IMG/VR virus record: IMGVR_UViG_3300047322_000608
Location: 1-64,000 of that record
Length of the DNA stretch: 64,000 bases
Reading direction: 5' to 3' (one strand)
Origin: a virus
Shown here: positions 28,945 through 38,520 of the stretch, in pieces
Numbering within the stretch: position 1 is the stretch's first letter
Layout: the number at the start of each line of letters is the position of its first letter
Notes under the pieces: generated by a model
Databases searched by the model: none
The model's input: the letters and a program-made list of their open reading frames with translations, nothing else
What the model was told of the DNA's origin: nothing
Position numbers and translations under genes: made by a program

Positions 28945-29945
28945 ACCTGCCATTTCCGTTTCGTCTCCCGCTCCCAATCATCCTTCGTTATCTCCGTTAC
29001 GCCACTCGCCGGGTTGCAGGCAACCGCTGCCAAAAGGTTCTGTTCGTGTTCCAGCTCGGTCGCCAGCGCGCCTGGCAAAGAACCGGCAAAGCTTTCCAAC
29101 CGTTCGAACGTAAAGGCGTTGCCGTTGATCTTGACCGGTTTGGTGGCGTTGACGCAATGGAAGAACCGTGCTGTCACCTTCTCCCTGCTGTAAACCACGT
29201 CATATCTCCAGACCGGATCCGCCGCGCATTCGCCGCTGTATTGGGATTGGTCCAGCATCTGGATCAACTTCCCTTTCTTGTCCTGATGAAATATGACGGC
29301 GCGCTTGTCGAGGATGCTCAGGCCCGGGACTGACCAGCCTTTGTCATGATGCCGGAAGACGTGTTGAATTAGCGGGGTGATTCTGGCCGCCGCCAAGACT
29401 TCCGGACCAGCGTGCGTGTCGAATGCTTCGGTGTCAGGACAGTTTACCAGGGACGGCGCGTGCTTGCGCCAGGCTTTGCCGTAAACCCCGACCCCGGTCA
29501 TGTGTGGAATATCCCAATCGACTCGGGCCCCCATAAAAGTCTTGCAGTCCAATTGCGCCATGGTCCATTCCTCTTTCAGGATGTCCAACCAGTTCGGCGT
29601 CAGCGGGACTGCGTCCGGCTCGAACCATAGCATGTCGTCCTGGTAGGCGGTGTATTCCGTTTGTTCCACATGGAACAATGCCTGAGAGAACATCCAGTTG
29701 GCCGCTCCTGGCCAGCCGCACTCGTGTTCGTCTGGAACGATGGTGTGGACGTCTTGGAAAATGGAGCGCGCCAAGTTGACGATCTCAACGCAACTGGAAT
29801 GAATGCTTGCTTGGGCCGAGACGACCAGAAGCAGCCTCTCATCTTGCAGCGAATTGGCGTTTTTGGAAGAGAGGAACCCCATCCATTTCATCAGCCGCAG
29901 GGTTTGGCTGATGTCACCCGGATGGAAAGCTAAGGTTAGAATCAT
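28941..29945 (-). CDS. GT-A-like nucleotide-sugar transferase with extra C-terminal domain
   Basis: start MILTLAF; GWP..AN.MF, LWFEPDAVPL..WL, HMTGVGVY, AVIFH..K motifs. Confidence 0.6.
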   Translation of the reverse strand: MILTLAFHPGDISQTLRLMKWMGFLSSKNANSLQDERLLLVVSAQASIHSSCVEIVNLARSIFQDVHTIVPDEHECGWPGAANWMFSQALFHVEQTEYTAYQDDMLWFEPDAVPLTPNWLDILKEEWTMAQLDCKTFMGARVDWDIPHMTGVGVYGKAWRKHAPSLVNCPDTEAFDTHAGPEVLAAARITPLIQHVFRHHDKGWSVPGLSILDKRAVIFHQDKKGKLIQMLDQSQYSGECAADPVWRYDVVYSREKVTARFFHCVNATKPVKINGNAFTFERLESFAGSLPGALATELEHEQNLLAAVACNPASGVTEITKDDWERETKRKWQV

Positions 29946-29993
29946 CCGCTTATTGCTGCCACGATGCCACGGCAACCAAGGCCGTTCAATAGC

Positions 29994-30027
29994 AAAAGCG
30001 CCGGAGATCCCCGAAGAACTCCGGCGC
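29994..30027 (-). terminator. intrinsic terminator after capsid/decoration genes
   Basis: minus strand GCGCCGGAG-TTC-TTCG-GGG-AT-CTCCGGCGC-TTTT. Confidence 0.8.
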
Positions 30028-30078
30028 CATGTCCCTACCAAGACATCCGCAACGCAGCCACGCTTTGCGGAAGATGAG

Positions 30079-30309
30079 TTACGTCGCCGTTACCGTAGTC
30101 CAGCCGGTAGCCAGACTGACGTCACTGGCTTTGACGTAGAGCACGCCTAATTCGTCGACACAAACCTTGCCAACCGAACCGTAGATGACTCCCTCGGGAC
30201 CGCCCGGGATGAGTGGTGGTTGGCCTGGGGCAGCGTTGTAATCGCTGCCTTGAGTTGCTTTATCCCAGAGATTTGCTCCGGGAGAATTTAAGGGCGGCAC
30301 AAGAGCCAT
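30079..30309 (-). CDS. small capsid decoration-like protein
   Basis: start MALVPPL with GAAAGGAA RBS; PEGV..G.VG......LYVK......TGW module; directly after capsid gene. Confidence 0.6.
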   Translation of the reverse strand: MALVPPLNSPGANLWDKATQGSDYNAAPGQPPLIPGGPEGVIYGSVGKVCVDELGVLYVKASDVSLATGWTTVTAT

Positions 30310-30343
30310 AAAGTTTAATTCCTTTCTGGTTTGATCGTTGCGG

Positions 30344-32005
30344 TTACGAGGTGGGCAAGCAAGGATTCGCCGTGATCGTCGGGCATCCGGCAGCGATATT
30401 CTCAATGATCGCATGCCGGTTCGGAACCTGGATCATCGCGGCGATCGTCTTGCTGTTCAACTGGTAGTGGTTCACGTTTGGCGTGATTACACAATTGTAC
30501 AAATTATCTGCGACGTTGGTCTGCCGAGTCGCCGAGGCCGTTCCAGCCAGGCCGATCATGGTGTCCGACCAATCCAAGAGCCAGAGGTTACGGCCGCGCG
30601 AGCTGTCCAGGCCGCCGTTGGCCGCTTGGAAGACCGCGAGCTGATCGTCGAAATAGGTGTCGGTGATGACCGCCAACTGCACCGCTTCATCCGGGAAGTC
30701 GTAGATGTTGTAGTTCCAGAGCAACTGCCCTTCGAACGTGATCGCTTCGCCCGCCTTGAAGAACCTGGTGTACTGCATGCCGTACTTCTTCTGGTAGTAC
30801 TGGATCATGATCGTCAGGATCGAGTCAGCCAGGAAACGGTCAGTCATGCCGTCGATTCGGTCGATCATGCCGCTGTCCGTTTCGCGCTGGCGCTTGATCT
30901 GGTAGAGGAGGGACTTGATCACGTCCAGGTCCAAGGCCGCGTTCTGGTTATCGATCACCCGGCCGCAATCCTGGAGCTGCTGGCGCCAGCCGATCGTGTT
31001 GGCCTTGTACTCGAGCAGACAGCTCTGGTTAGCCGGATCTACCACCTGGGGCAGGTTCTGGTAACTGTTAGGCGTCTGCTGCTCGTTGATCTTCTGGCCG
31101 TAGAAGATCGTGTTGTAGTAGGCCCGCTCAGCCAGCATTTCCTGGCGTTTGCGTTGCTTAGCCAATTCCAAGGTGCGGAACTTCTTGAAGAACTCGGATG
31201 TGAGCGGCGCGGTCAACGCCTTCACATACTCGTCGTTGTAGCAGAAGGTCGTCCGGATCGTCTGGAGCCAGTAAACCAACAGCTTGAGCGTGTTCTCCGA
31301 AGCGTCGTTGTAGCACCACGATTCGAAGTTACTTACCGAATTGGCGATCGGTATGATGACGCCGTGAGTCGGTTGATAGACCGCTTTCTGCGGGTTGGTC
31401 AGGGCAGCCCATCCGGCCGCGGTGAAGGGGGGTTGCACGATTAACTTGGCCTGGGTGGCACTGACGTTGATCGATTGCAAGATCATGAACTGAACGGTCT
31501 GGCCAACGTTGGTCACCGGATCCTTGTAAAGGACGACGATCGATCGGCCCGGCAGGAAATACTTCTCCAGAGAGGTGAGCGGGGAAGCGAACTGGGATGC
31601 TTCGTTTTCCACCGTAAGATCGAACGCGGAAGCGGGCAGGCTGCCTACGCCGGCATTCGGATCAACCACGCCGCCGACCAGGTTGAACCAGTTGGCGTTG
31701 ACCACCGAGCGCTGGGGCACCATGACGAACGGCGAGATGATGGAACGATCCATCGTCAGCGACTGGGTTTTGATCGGGATGGTGCGGGAAAGAAAAAGGT
31801 CGGTTAGAGCCCGCTCGGGCACGCCCGTCATGCGCGCTTCTTTGGTTTGGCCGATGACACGGTCCATGCGGACTTCGGTGAATCCTTGCGCTTCAAACAC
31901 ATCCGGCGTCATTGCCTGGATGGAAGCTCGGGTGAGGGTGCAGCCGCAACTGTTGTCCACGGAGATCAGCCGCGGCGTGCAGTTGTTGCCTGGGTAAACT
32001 GCCAT
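30344..32005 (-). CDS. major capsid protein (putative)
   Basis: 553 aa after scaffold-like gene; own upstream intergenic region and downstream terminator. Confidence 0.65.
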   Translation of the reverse strand: MAVYPGNNCTPRLISVDNSCGCTLTRASIQAMTPDVFEAQGFTEVRMDRVIGQTKEARMTGVPERALTDLFLSRTIPIKTQSLTMDRSIISPFVMVPQRSVVNANWFNLVGGVVDPNAGVGSLPASAFDLTVENEASQFASPLTSLEKYFLPGRSIVVLYKDPVTNVGQTVQFMILQSINVSATQAKLIVQPPFTAAGWAALTNPQKAVYQPTHGVIIPIANSVSNFESWCYNDASENTLKLLVYWLQTIRTTFCYNDEYVKALTAPLTSEFFKKFRTLELAKQRKRQEMLAERAYYNTIFYGQKINEQQTPNSYQNLPQVVDPANQSCLLEYKANTIGWRQQLQDCGRVIDNQNAALDLDVIKSLLYQIKRQRETDSGMIDRIDGMTDRFLADSILTIMIQYYQKKYGMQYTRFFKAGEAITFEGQLLWNYNIYDFPDEAVQLAVITDTYFDDQLAVFQAANGGLDSSRGRNLWLLDWSDTMIGLAGTASATRQTNVADNLYNCVITPNVNHYQLNSKTIAAMIQVPNRHAIIENIAAGCPTITANPCLPTS

Positions 32006-32102
32006 AATTCAATGCCTTTCGTTAACGTTGTTCGGTCTTACGATTACGATTAACTTTAAGGCGTTGATATGGATAGACCTAGAACAAGCGTCTTTACGGC
32101 AC

Positions 32103-32132
32103 AAAAAATCCCGCCCTTCGGCGGGACGGGAT
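32103..32132 (-). terminator. intrinsic terminator after scaffold gene
   Basis: minus strand ATCCCGTCCCGCCGAAGGGCGGGA-TTTTTT. Confidence 0.8.
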
Positions 32133-32165
32133 GCAGATTACTAGATGGTGATCTTGTCGAAGTGG

Positions 32166-33800
32166 CTATCCAGCCCAGGCGCTGGCCCCCCCAGACCACT
32201 GCCTCTTGAGTTCGTCTTCCGTGAAAACGGTCGGTGAAGAAACGGGTGGAGGCAAGTTGGCCGCTCCCGGAGCCGGGGTGATTGTGGTCTTGGGTGACTC
32301 CTCTTTCTTGGCCGCTGGTTTAGCGGCAGGAGCTTCCTTCTTGGCTGCGACAGCTTTGGCTGGCCGAACATAGCCTTCATCCTCGCGGCGCTTAATCTCG
32401 GCTGCTAGGACCGTTTTTGCTTGCGTAGCCGCTGCGACGGCCAGCATGTCGAGCACGTCTTCGTGTCCGAGCGTCCAATGCCTGGCCTGTTCCGGGGCCG
32501 GCATCTTCTCCAACTCTCTCCGGGTAACAAAGGAACGGCCGTTTACTACGCGCATCTCGCCGCCGTCCCGCGCGAAGATCTGCTCTTGCTGGTCGATGAA
32601 GCTGAAAAGGTTCTGCTGGCGCAGAGCTTTTTGATTGGATGGCGCGCTCGCGGGCAACTTCTGGTCATACGCCGCCTGCCGTTCTCCGCCGACCAGCTCC
32701 AGATACTCGCGGCCCAGGGTCTCTGCCTGGCCCAAGAAGTTCTTCGCCACACTGGCCGCCAGCGGGTCGATAGTCGCCGCAGCGTCCCAGGCCTCCTTGC
32801 CACCAAATGTGGGGTCCTTCTCTTCGGCCGCCTTGAACACTTCGTGGAACGGCGATTTATCGTCTGGCACGAAGCGCTGTGCAACCGTTGCCCGGTACGA
32901 GTTGACCGACTTGTCGATCTCCGGTTTAAGTTCCCGCATGCGCTCGGCATGTTCGGTCGCCTCCATCTTGGGCTTGAATTCCTTTTCGACGTCTTGCCGG
33001 ACCTGGTCCGCTATCCATTGGCGTTCCAGCTTCTTGCGATCTCCGCTCTGGTAAATCGGCTGGTTCTCCTCGATAAACGCGGCGAAGTTTTCGTCGGTGT
33101 CTGGGTCCCAGTCCGAGTCTTCCTTCCGCTTCTCGTCGATGTAAGAATCGACCTTCTTGAGGTAGTCCAAGGTCTTCTTGGCCATCGTGCCGTATTTGTC
33201 CGGCATGGCTTTGGCCGCATACCTGGCCAGTTCGATCGCTTCCTTCTCCGATTCGCCGAGTGATTCGACAAAGTCCGCGTCTGGATCGGCCGCGGCGGGA
33301 GCCTCTTCCTTTTTTTCGGGAGCGGGTGGGGCTGCGGGGGTTTCCTTGGCCACGCGCCGAACGATCCCTTCGACGATGTCTTCGATCGGCTTGGCCTTTT
33401 CGACGATCACCTTCGGCTTGGCCGGAGGCGGATCTGAGGGGGGCGCGGCTGGATCCTTGGCAGTGGGCGCGGCCTTGTCGTCAGCCTTGGCATCACCAGC
33501 CTTCGCTTCATCCGGCTTAGGTGGATCTCCTGCTGGTTTATCGTCGGCCGGTTTGGCTGCCTTGGCCGCTTCGGCTTGCTCCTTCTTGAAACGCGCATGC
33601 TCGCCCATGCTGATAAATTCTCCGGAGGGAACGTTGCGCGCTGTCTCCGGCGCTTTCGCGGGAGCGTCGACGACCTGGCCGTCCGAAACGGCCTTACCCA
33701 TGTCGGCGAGGATGGAAGCCATCCAGGGATCGGCGGTAGGTGTTGCGGCAGTGGGAGGAGTGGCGGCGGGCGGTGGGGTAGTTGTGGCTGCTTCTGGCAT
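32166..33800 (-). CDS. capsid scaffolding protein (putative)
   Basis: 544 aa, P/A/K/D/E-rich disordered N-terminus, helical core, upstream of capsid gene. Confidence 0.65.
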   Translation of the reverse strand: MPEAATTTPPPAATPPTAATPTADPWMASILADMGKAVSDGQVVDAPAKAPETARNVPSGEFISMGEHARFKKEQAEAAKAAKPADDKPAGDPPKPDEAKAGDAKADDKAAPTAKDPAAPPSDPPPAKPKVIVEKAKPIEDIVEGIVRRVAKETPAAPPAPEKKEEAPAAADPDADFVESLGESEKEAIELARYAAKAMPDKYGTMAKKTLDYLKKVDSYIDEKRKEDSDWDPDTDENFAAFIEENQPIYQSGDRKKLERQWIADQVRQDVEKEFKPKMEATEHAERMRELKPEIDKSVNSYRATVAQRFVPDDKSPFHEVFKAAEEKDPTFGGKEAWDAAATIDPLAASVAKNFLGQAETLGREYLELVGGERQAAYDQKLPASAPSNQKALRQQNLFSFIDQQEQIFARDGGEMRVVNGRSFVTRRELEKMPAPEQARHWTLGHEDVLDMLAVAAATQAKTVLAAEIKRREDEGYVRPAKAVAAKKEAPAAKPAAKKEESPKTTITPAPGAANLPPPVSSPTVFTEDELKRQWSGGASAWAG

Positions 33801-33803
33801 AGA

Positions 33804-34211
33804 CTATTTTCGGTTTGTGGTTTGCTGTAGCGCGATAATCGTCTCCTCGTATTCCGACCAATCAACGCCTAGTTCGGCGGCAAAAAGCCGTTCGATGTTG
33901 GTTGCGAAGAAATGCTCTCGGCGGTATGGGGCAGCCGGATCGTCTCCAGGCTCAGCTTCATTGGAATGCTTTCCTTGCCGGCGCTCCTCCTCGAAATTCA
34001 TGTCGAACGAGTCGACCACTTCCTGGACAATGCTTCGATCCTTGCAAAGGCACACTTCCACAAGCTCATGAACGGCGATGAGCGCGGCATGTTTCCAGTT
34101 GCCAGTGTCTGACACTTCGATCAACAGGTTGCCGTTATGATCGAATCTCCAGTTTCCGCAGGTCTCGTACTGCTGGCTATCGTGTGGGATTACTTTGATC
34201 TCGACGTTCAT
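33804..34211 (-). CDS. small HExxE metal-binding/peptidase-like protein
   Basis: IAVHELVE followed by PGDDP..PY..EH. Confidence 0.55.
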   Translation of the reverse strand: MNVEIKVIPHDSQQYETCGNWRFDHNGNLLIEVSDTGNWKHAALIAVHELVEVCLCKDRSIVQEVVDSFDMNFEEERRQGKHSNEAEPGDDPAAPYRREHFFATNIERLFAAELGVDWSEYEETIIALQQTTNRK

Positions 34212-35515
34212 GCGTTAATCTCTTCGTCACTGAATTGAACTCCCAAGGCTTGTCCTTTCTCTATTTCGCTGACGGCATCCTGGAGCGACTTTGTCCGGAC
34301 CTCCAGCTTGTAGCCGCTGATCTGGTCCGCGTGTTCTTCGCACGCTTTGATGGCCGCCTTAACCGTAGGCCCTGTTCCAACAACCCAGCCGATCTCGCTA
34401 AACTTGGCTGGTTGCGGGATCACGTAATCGACTCCGCTCAGGCGGCAGTGGAAGAAGAGTTTCACCCAGCGCCTAACTTCATCCGGGATGGTCACGGCTT
34501 GCCAGGCTTCGTCCGCGTGATCGGAGTAGATGACGGCTTGCGCCGAATACTTGGCCGGCTCTCCTTCTTCGTCTTCGTCCACCTCCGGGTCCACCACAAT
34601 ACCCGCAGCGCCGCTCCACATGATCTCGCCCCAATTGGCGATCATCTCTTGCATGGATTCAGAAGGCGGTGATCCGCCCCGGGCGGTGACGTCGATCAGA
34701 TAAGGCCGCTCATCCGGTCCGACCCGTACCTCCGTGGAGAAGAGACCGCGATACTGGTAGGCCTCTAGTGCGGGAGCAAGCCATTTGTTGACGGCCCGAA
34801 TATGCTCGTCCAGATCGGCGTAGGGCAAAATCACGCCAAGGTAGCTGGCATCTTTAACTTCCACCCCATTGATGGCGTGCGACGGGAATTTGCCGTCGAT
34901 GGAAAAGCCGTCGTAGCCAATCTCCAGGGCTGGTTCGATCGGCTGTTCGATCAGGAATTGCATGGCGTCCGCGGCCGCTCCAACAAAGTGCTTAATCTCG
35001 TCGAGCTTGGGAATGATCTCCTCGTAAGAAGGCGCGTGGAAGGTCTCCGTATCTCCCCTGGTTAGGCTAATCTTCACATGCACGTTCTTGTGCTTCTTGA
35101 GATACGCGCGCAAGTTCTCCAGGCCCGTAACCACGTTGTAATCTCCGACCGGCATGCCCAGCCGCTTCATCTCCTCTTTGGCTTCCGGCCGGTAGATCTC
35201 AAGCTCATCTCCGTTGCGGCCGCCCCAGACTCGTTTGCCTTGCCGAACCAGCTCCTTCTGCAGGTCTCCGTCGAAGATATAGGGGAAGCAGATCAGGTCC
35301 ATTTTATGGACCACGTCCCACATATTCTTGACCATGGTGATCTCGTCAAACCCGTGCCCAATCAAGAGCTGATTGGAACTAGGGGACAAGCTTTTCCAAC
35401 TTGGATTGTGGTAGTAGACCTCTCCGAATTCCCTGGCCAGGCGGAGCGCCCATGAAGGGAACAGCCCATGATCTACGACCAAAGCTCTCTTATCGTTTAG
35501 CCGCTGCGCTTTCAC
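34208..35515 (-). CDS. ATP-grasp ligase (PurD/GARS-like)
   Basis: VWGG...DELE..R..AK..M..LGMP, VHVK, LIEQPI..EIG.DG, YRGLFSTEV....YLIDVTARGGSP. Confidence 0.75.
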   Translation of the reverse strand: MKAQRLNDKRALVVDHGLFPSWALRLAREFGEVYYHNPSWKSLSPSSNQLLIGHGFDEITMVKNMWDVVHKMDLICFPYIFDGDLQKELVRQGKRVWGGRNGDELEIYRPEAKEEMKRLGMPVGDYNVVTGLENLRAYLKKHKNVHVKISLTRGDTETFHAPSYEEIIPKLDEIKHFVGAAADAMQFLIEQPIEPALEIGYDGFSIDGKFPSHAINGVEVKDASYLGVILPYADLDEHIRAVNKWLAPALEAYQYRGLFSTEVRVGPDERPYLIDVTARGGSPPSESMQEMIANWGEIMWSGAAGIVVDPEVDEDEEGEPAKYSAQAVIYSDHADEAWQAVTIPDEVRRWVKLFFHCRLSGVDYVIPQPAKFSEIGWVVGTGPTVKAAIKACEEHADQISGYKLEVRTKSLQDAVSEIEKGQALGVQFSDEEINA

Positions 35516-38058
35516 CTGGCGTAGGCACTTGGTGCGCCGCCCTCTCCGTCGACTGCCGCCATCGCCTTCATTCCTTTGATCGCGGTATCAACCGTGTGCG
35601 ACTCTTCCGCATGCCGCATCTTCTGCATGCCTTCGGCTCGGTCCATGTTCATCTTCTGCCGGCCCATCAGGAACTTCATCGGATCGACCTGGACCACGTT
35701 CGGCTTGCGATCGATCTCGTCGACCTTGCCGGTCAACTCGGCGACGATCTTGCGCAGTTCCTCGAACTTCTGACCGAGCGCAGCCACCTGTTGACCGACC
35801 TGGGCAATGCCTTGCGCGTCCTGTTCGGCGTGCTGGGTGAGCTGCTGCAGGACCTGCTCCATCTGCTGCTGTTTGTTGGGGCCCATCTCGTTGGATTCTC
35901 CCGGCCCAAGCTCCAAGTTCAGATCCACGGCAGCGCCCGAGAGGCGGAAGATCTCGTTGTAAATCTCGAACAGCTTTTCCTTCTTGATGCTCTGGAGAAT
36001 GATCGGGTTTTGCAGCGTGCTCAAAAGCTGCGTGAGCACATTCGCAGACTGGGTATTAACCGCGCGCAGGCCGCCGTCTCGGCTCGTGTAGATGTACTCG
36101 TAAAGCAGCTTGCTTTTGGTGCCGACAACCGTGTGATAGGCAGGCTCGTCGCGATCGACCCAGATGATGGATTCGTCGTCTTCGTCGAACACTTCGAACC
36201 CAGCCTTATGAACGATGGCCTTGGTATAGCGATTGGCGATGGGCACGCGGATCGTTTGCGAACCGCAGATCATGTAGCTCTCGTAGAACACCCGCTTCTT
36301 GGCTGCGCGATACTCGTCGATCGCGTCGGAGATAAACCCGTAGATCGTCTCGGTTGTACCGGCCATCATGTTGGTCTCGGTCGCAGAGATCTCCCGCGGC
36401 GCCGGCTGGCCAAGCTCGTGCGGGGAAAGCGCCATCAACCGCTCGGCCAACTGGATCAATTGACTCATGGCCTGGAAGATCATGGTGATCGCCTGGCTGG
36501 GCGCCGTCTGGACCAGGGTGATGATGTTCTTGGGATCAATCCCCAGCTCCTTCATCTTGGTGCCCGAATATTCAAACACCTTGGTCGCGACGTACTTGTT
36601 CTGTCCCTTCACGTCAGCTCGGAAATCCGTCAGCATCTTGGCCCCGTCCGGCCCACTTGCCACCGAATCAATGTCCACGCACAGGATGCGCTGGAAATCA
36701 CCCTGCAGCACCATCAGCAGGAAGGACAGGAGCTGTGTCATCTGGTCCTGGTAAGGGAGCAGTTCCATCCCGATCGAGATGTTGAGCTGCCTGGCATCGT
36801 TCTCGTTGATGCCGCAGTAACAGGCCGGCGAGGAGGGAAGGAACTCGGCATAGACCACAGTCTTGTCTCCTGCCACCTTCATGCGCAGCCAGACCGGGTA
36901 AGGATAATCGCCAATGCCCCAGTCCTTCGGGATGATCTTCTTGAAATACTCCGCGATGATCATCGAGCTGTCGCGCATGTCCTGGGCGTAGAGGCCAAGA
37001 TTATTCAAACGATCGTTGCGCGCGGATAGGTCCAGGGTGTTGATGTCGCAGGGCGGGATGATCGTGCAGTAGTATTGGGAAAAGTACTGAGCGTAAGTGG
37101 AGAAGAGCTGGACGATGGTTGCGCTGTAGGAGATCGTCGATCGGTTCCAGTACTTCGGATTAGCCGCCACGTCTCCGTAACGGATCACGTCCCAGAACCC
37201 AATGAACTCCGAACCAACGTCGCAGTTGATACTGCTCATCGGGTAAGCGTTGTCCCAGAAGATCCGGGAGGGATGCGGGTTGACCCAACCCACCCCTTCT
37301 TTGGTGATGACGGTCTTATACTTCGGATCCTTCGGATCGCGCAGTTCCGGGTTGATGTCCGGATCGAAGATGGTTTGCTCTTCCCGCTCCCACTTGGCCC
37401 GGACGAAATCCAGGCTATGCCCGTAGAGCATGGCATCGCGCATGACCTGGACCTCGTGATGGCGATGATCGAACTGGTCGGTCTGGATGTCCATGACCTG
37501 GGAAAGAATGTCCGCACGCAACTTTCCTACCTGCGACGTGCTCCGGGGCTCGTACTTGTAGTAGGGGTAAAGCGACATGTACTTGTTCGCTTGCGCAGCC
37601 AGGCGCCGGGTGATGACGGACCGAACCAGGTTGAAGTTGACTTCGAAAAACTTGGGCAGGTTAACGCCGACGATATTCCCCTTCTGATCCTTGGTCGTGT
37701 ACTTGTCGACGTTGGGCAGGTCGTGCAATTGCTTGCCGCACTTGCCTAGATCCAGCCGGCCCTGCGCGTAAAGCAAAAGCGGGTAGGTCTCCTTGTTGAT
37801 CGGCGGCGCGTCCCAGGCCACATCGACGGCCGAGTACATCTGATAATTCTGGAGCGCGTAATTGATCTGCTCGGAGAATCGCCGGTTGATGTCGGACTCA
37901 AACCTGTCCCGGAGCTTGATGTCTTTCTCCAGCCGATCCAGATCGTCCTTTGGCAGCGAGTTCTTCTCCGCTTCGGTCGGGGGTGGTTGCGCGGTGAAGA
38001 TCTGCCGCAGCCGCTCTTGCGTGCTGCCCATCGCTTCCAGGACGTCCAGGTCAACCAT
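35512..38058 (-). CDS. portal protein (putative)
   Basis: 848 aa after terminase; ISATE motif and Q-rich C-terminal coiled coil as in P22-type portals. Confidence 0.75.
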   Translation of the reverse strand: MVDLDVLEAMGSTQERLRQIFTAQPPPTEAEKNSLPKDDLDRLEKDIKLRDRFESDINRRFSEQINYALQNYQMYSAVDVAWDAPPINKETYPLLLYAQGRLDLGKCGKQLHDLPNVDKYTTKDQKGNIVGVNLPKFFEVNFNLVRSVITRRLAAQANKYMSLYPYYKYEPRSTSQVGKLRADILSQVMDIQTDQFDHRHHEVQVMRDAMLYGHSLDFVRAKWEREEQTIFDPDINPELRDPKDPKYKTVITKEGVGWVNPHPSRIFWDNAYPMSSINCDVGSEFIGFWDVIRYGDVAANPKYWNRSTISYSATIVQLFSTYAQYFSQYYCTIIPPCDINTLDLSARNDRLNNLGLYAQDMRDSSMIIAEYFKKIIPKDWGIGDYPYPVWLRMKVAGDKTVVYAEFLPSSPACYCGINENDARQLNISIGMELLPYQDQMTQLLSFLLMVLQGDFQRILCVDIDSVASGPDGAKMLTDFRADVKGQNKYVATKVFEYSGTKMKELGIDPKNIITLVQTAPSQAITMIFQAMSQLIQLAERLMALSPHELGQPAPREISATETNMMAGTTETIYGFISDAIDEYRAAKKRVFYESYMICGSQTIRVPIANRYTKAIVHKAGFEVFDEDDESIIWVDRDEPAYHTVVGTKSKLLYEYIYTSRDGGLRAVNTQSANVLTQLLSTLQNPIILQSIKKEKLFEIYNEIFRLSGAAVDLNLELGPGESNEMGPNKQQQMEQVLQQLTQHAEQDAQGIAQVGQQVAALGQKFEELRKIVAELTGKVDEIDRKPNVVQVDPMKFLMGRQKMNMDRAEGMQKMRHAEESHTVDTAIKGMKAMAAVDGEGGAPSAYAR

Positions 38059-38069
38059 AGGTCAATCGC

Positions 38070-38450
38070 TTAGGTGTAGCTGGTCAACCAGGGCTCAGCG
38101 GAATTCTCCGCGGTCTGGGGAGGCCGGCTGCGTGGGCCGCCTTCCTGCATTGTCCTTGGCCCCTCCATCCCTCGCCGCTTGCGATCACGGGATTTGATCG
38201 TCATCATCACGGGCTCCTTCGAGTCGGGCTCGGCCTCGATCTTCCGGTCCTCGCTGCCATAGCCGCCTTCGGAAATAATCTTCTCGATTGCGCACTGAAT
38301 TCCCTCGGGGTAGCGACTCATGATCTGAAGCTCGACCTTGATTGTACAATGCTCGCCAACCTCCTTTGTCCCGAATATCTCGCGAACTTCCGGGGCATCG
38401 TGAAAATCGATGGTTAGCGTGTTCGGACTTTCCACCTGCGGCGTTTCCAT
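38070..38450 (-). CDS. hypothetical protein
   Basis: 126-aa ORF directly upstream of portal. Confidence 0.7.
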   Translation of the reverse strand: METPQVESPNTLTIDFHDAPEVREIFGTKEVGEHCTIKVELQIMSRYPEGIQCAIEKIISEGGYGSEDRKIEAEPDSKEPVMMTIKSRDRKRRGMEGPRTMQEGGPRSRPPQTAENSAEPWLTSYT

Positions 38451-38520
38451 GTTCGGCCTTTATTTAAGGTTGACTGTTTCCGCACCCTAGACCCCGTAGC
38501 AGCCGTGATCAAGCGTTTAC

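Noticed and set aside
17993-35515. Calling the citrate-synthase-like and PurD-like genes metabolic AMGs (gltA, purD)
   Set aside because: The citrate-synthase-like protein is short with degenerate catalytic motifs, the ATP-grasp protein is divergent, both are embedded among virion genes, and no pathway partners are present.
35401-37029. Long antisense ORFs over portal, capsid, terminase and giant protein (e.g. 542 aa here, 30338-31444, 10253-11344)
   Set aside because: Shadow ORFs expected from GC-rich codon bias opposite real genes; no motifs or RBS.
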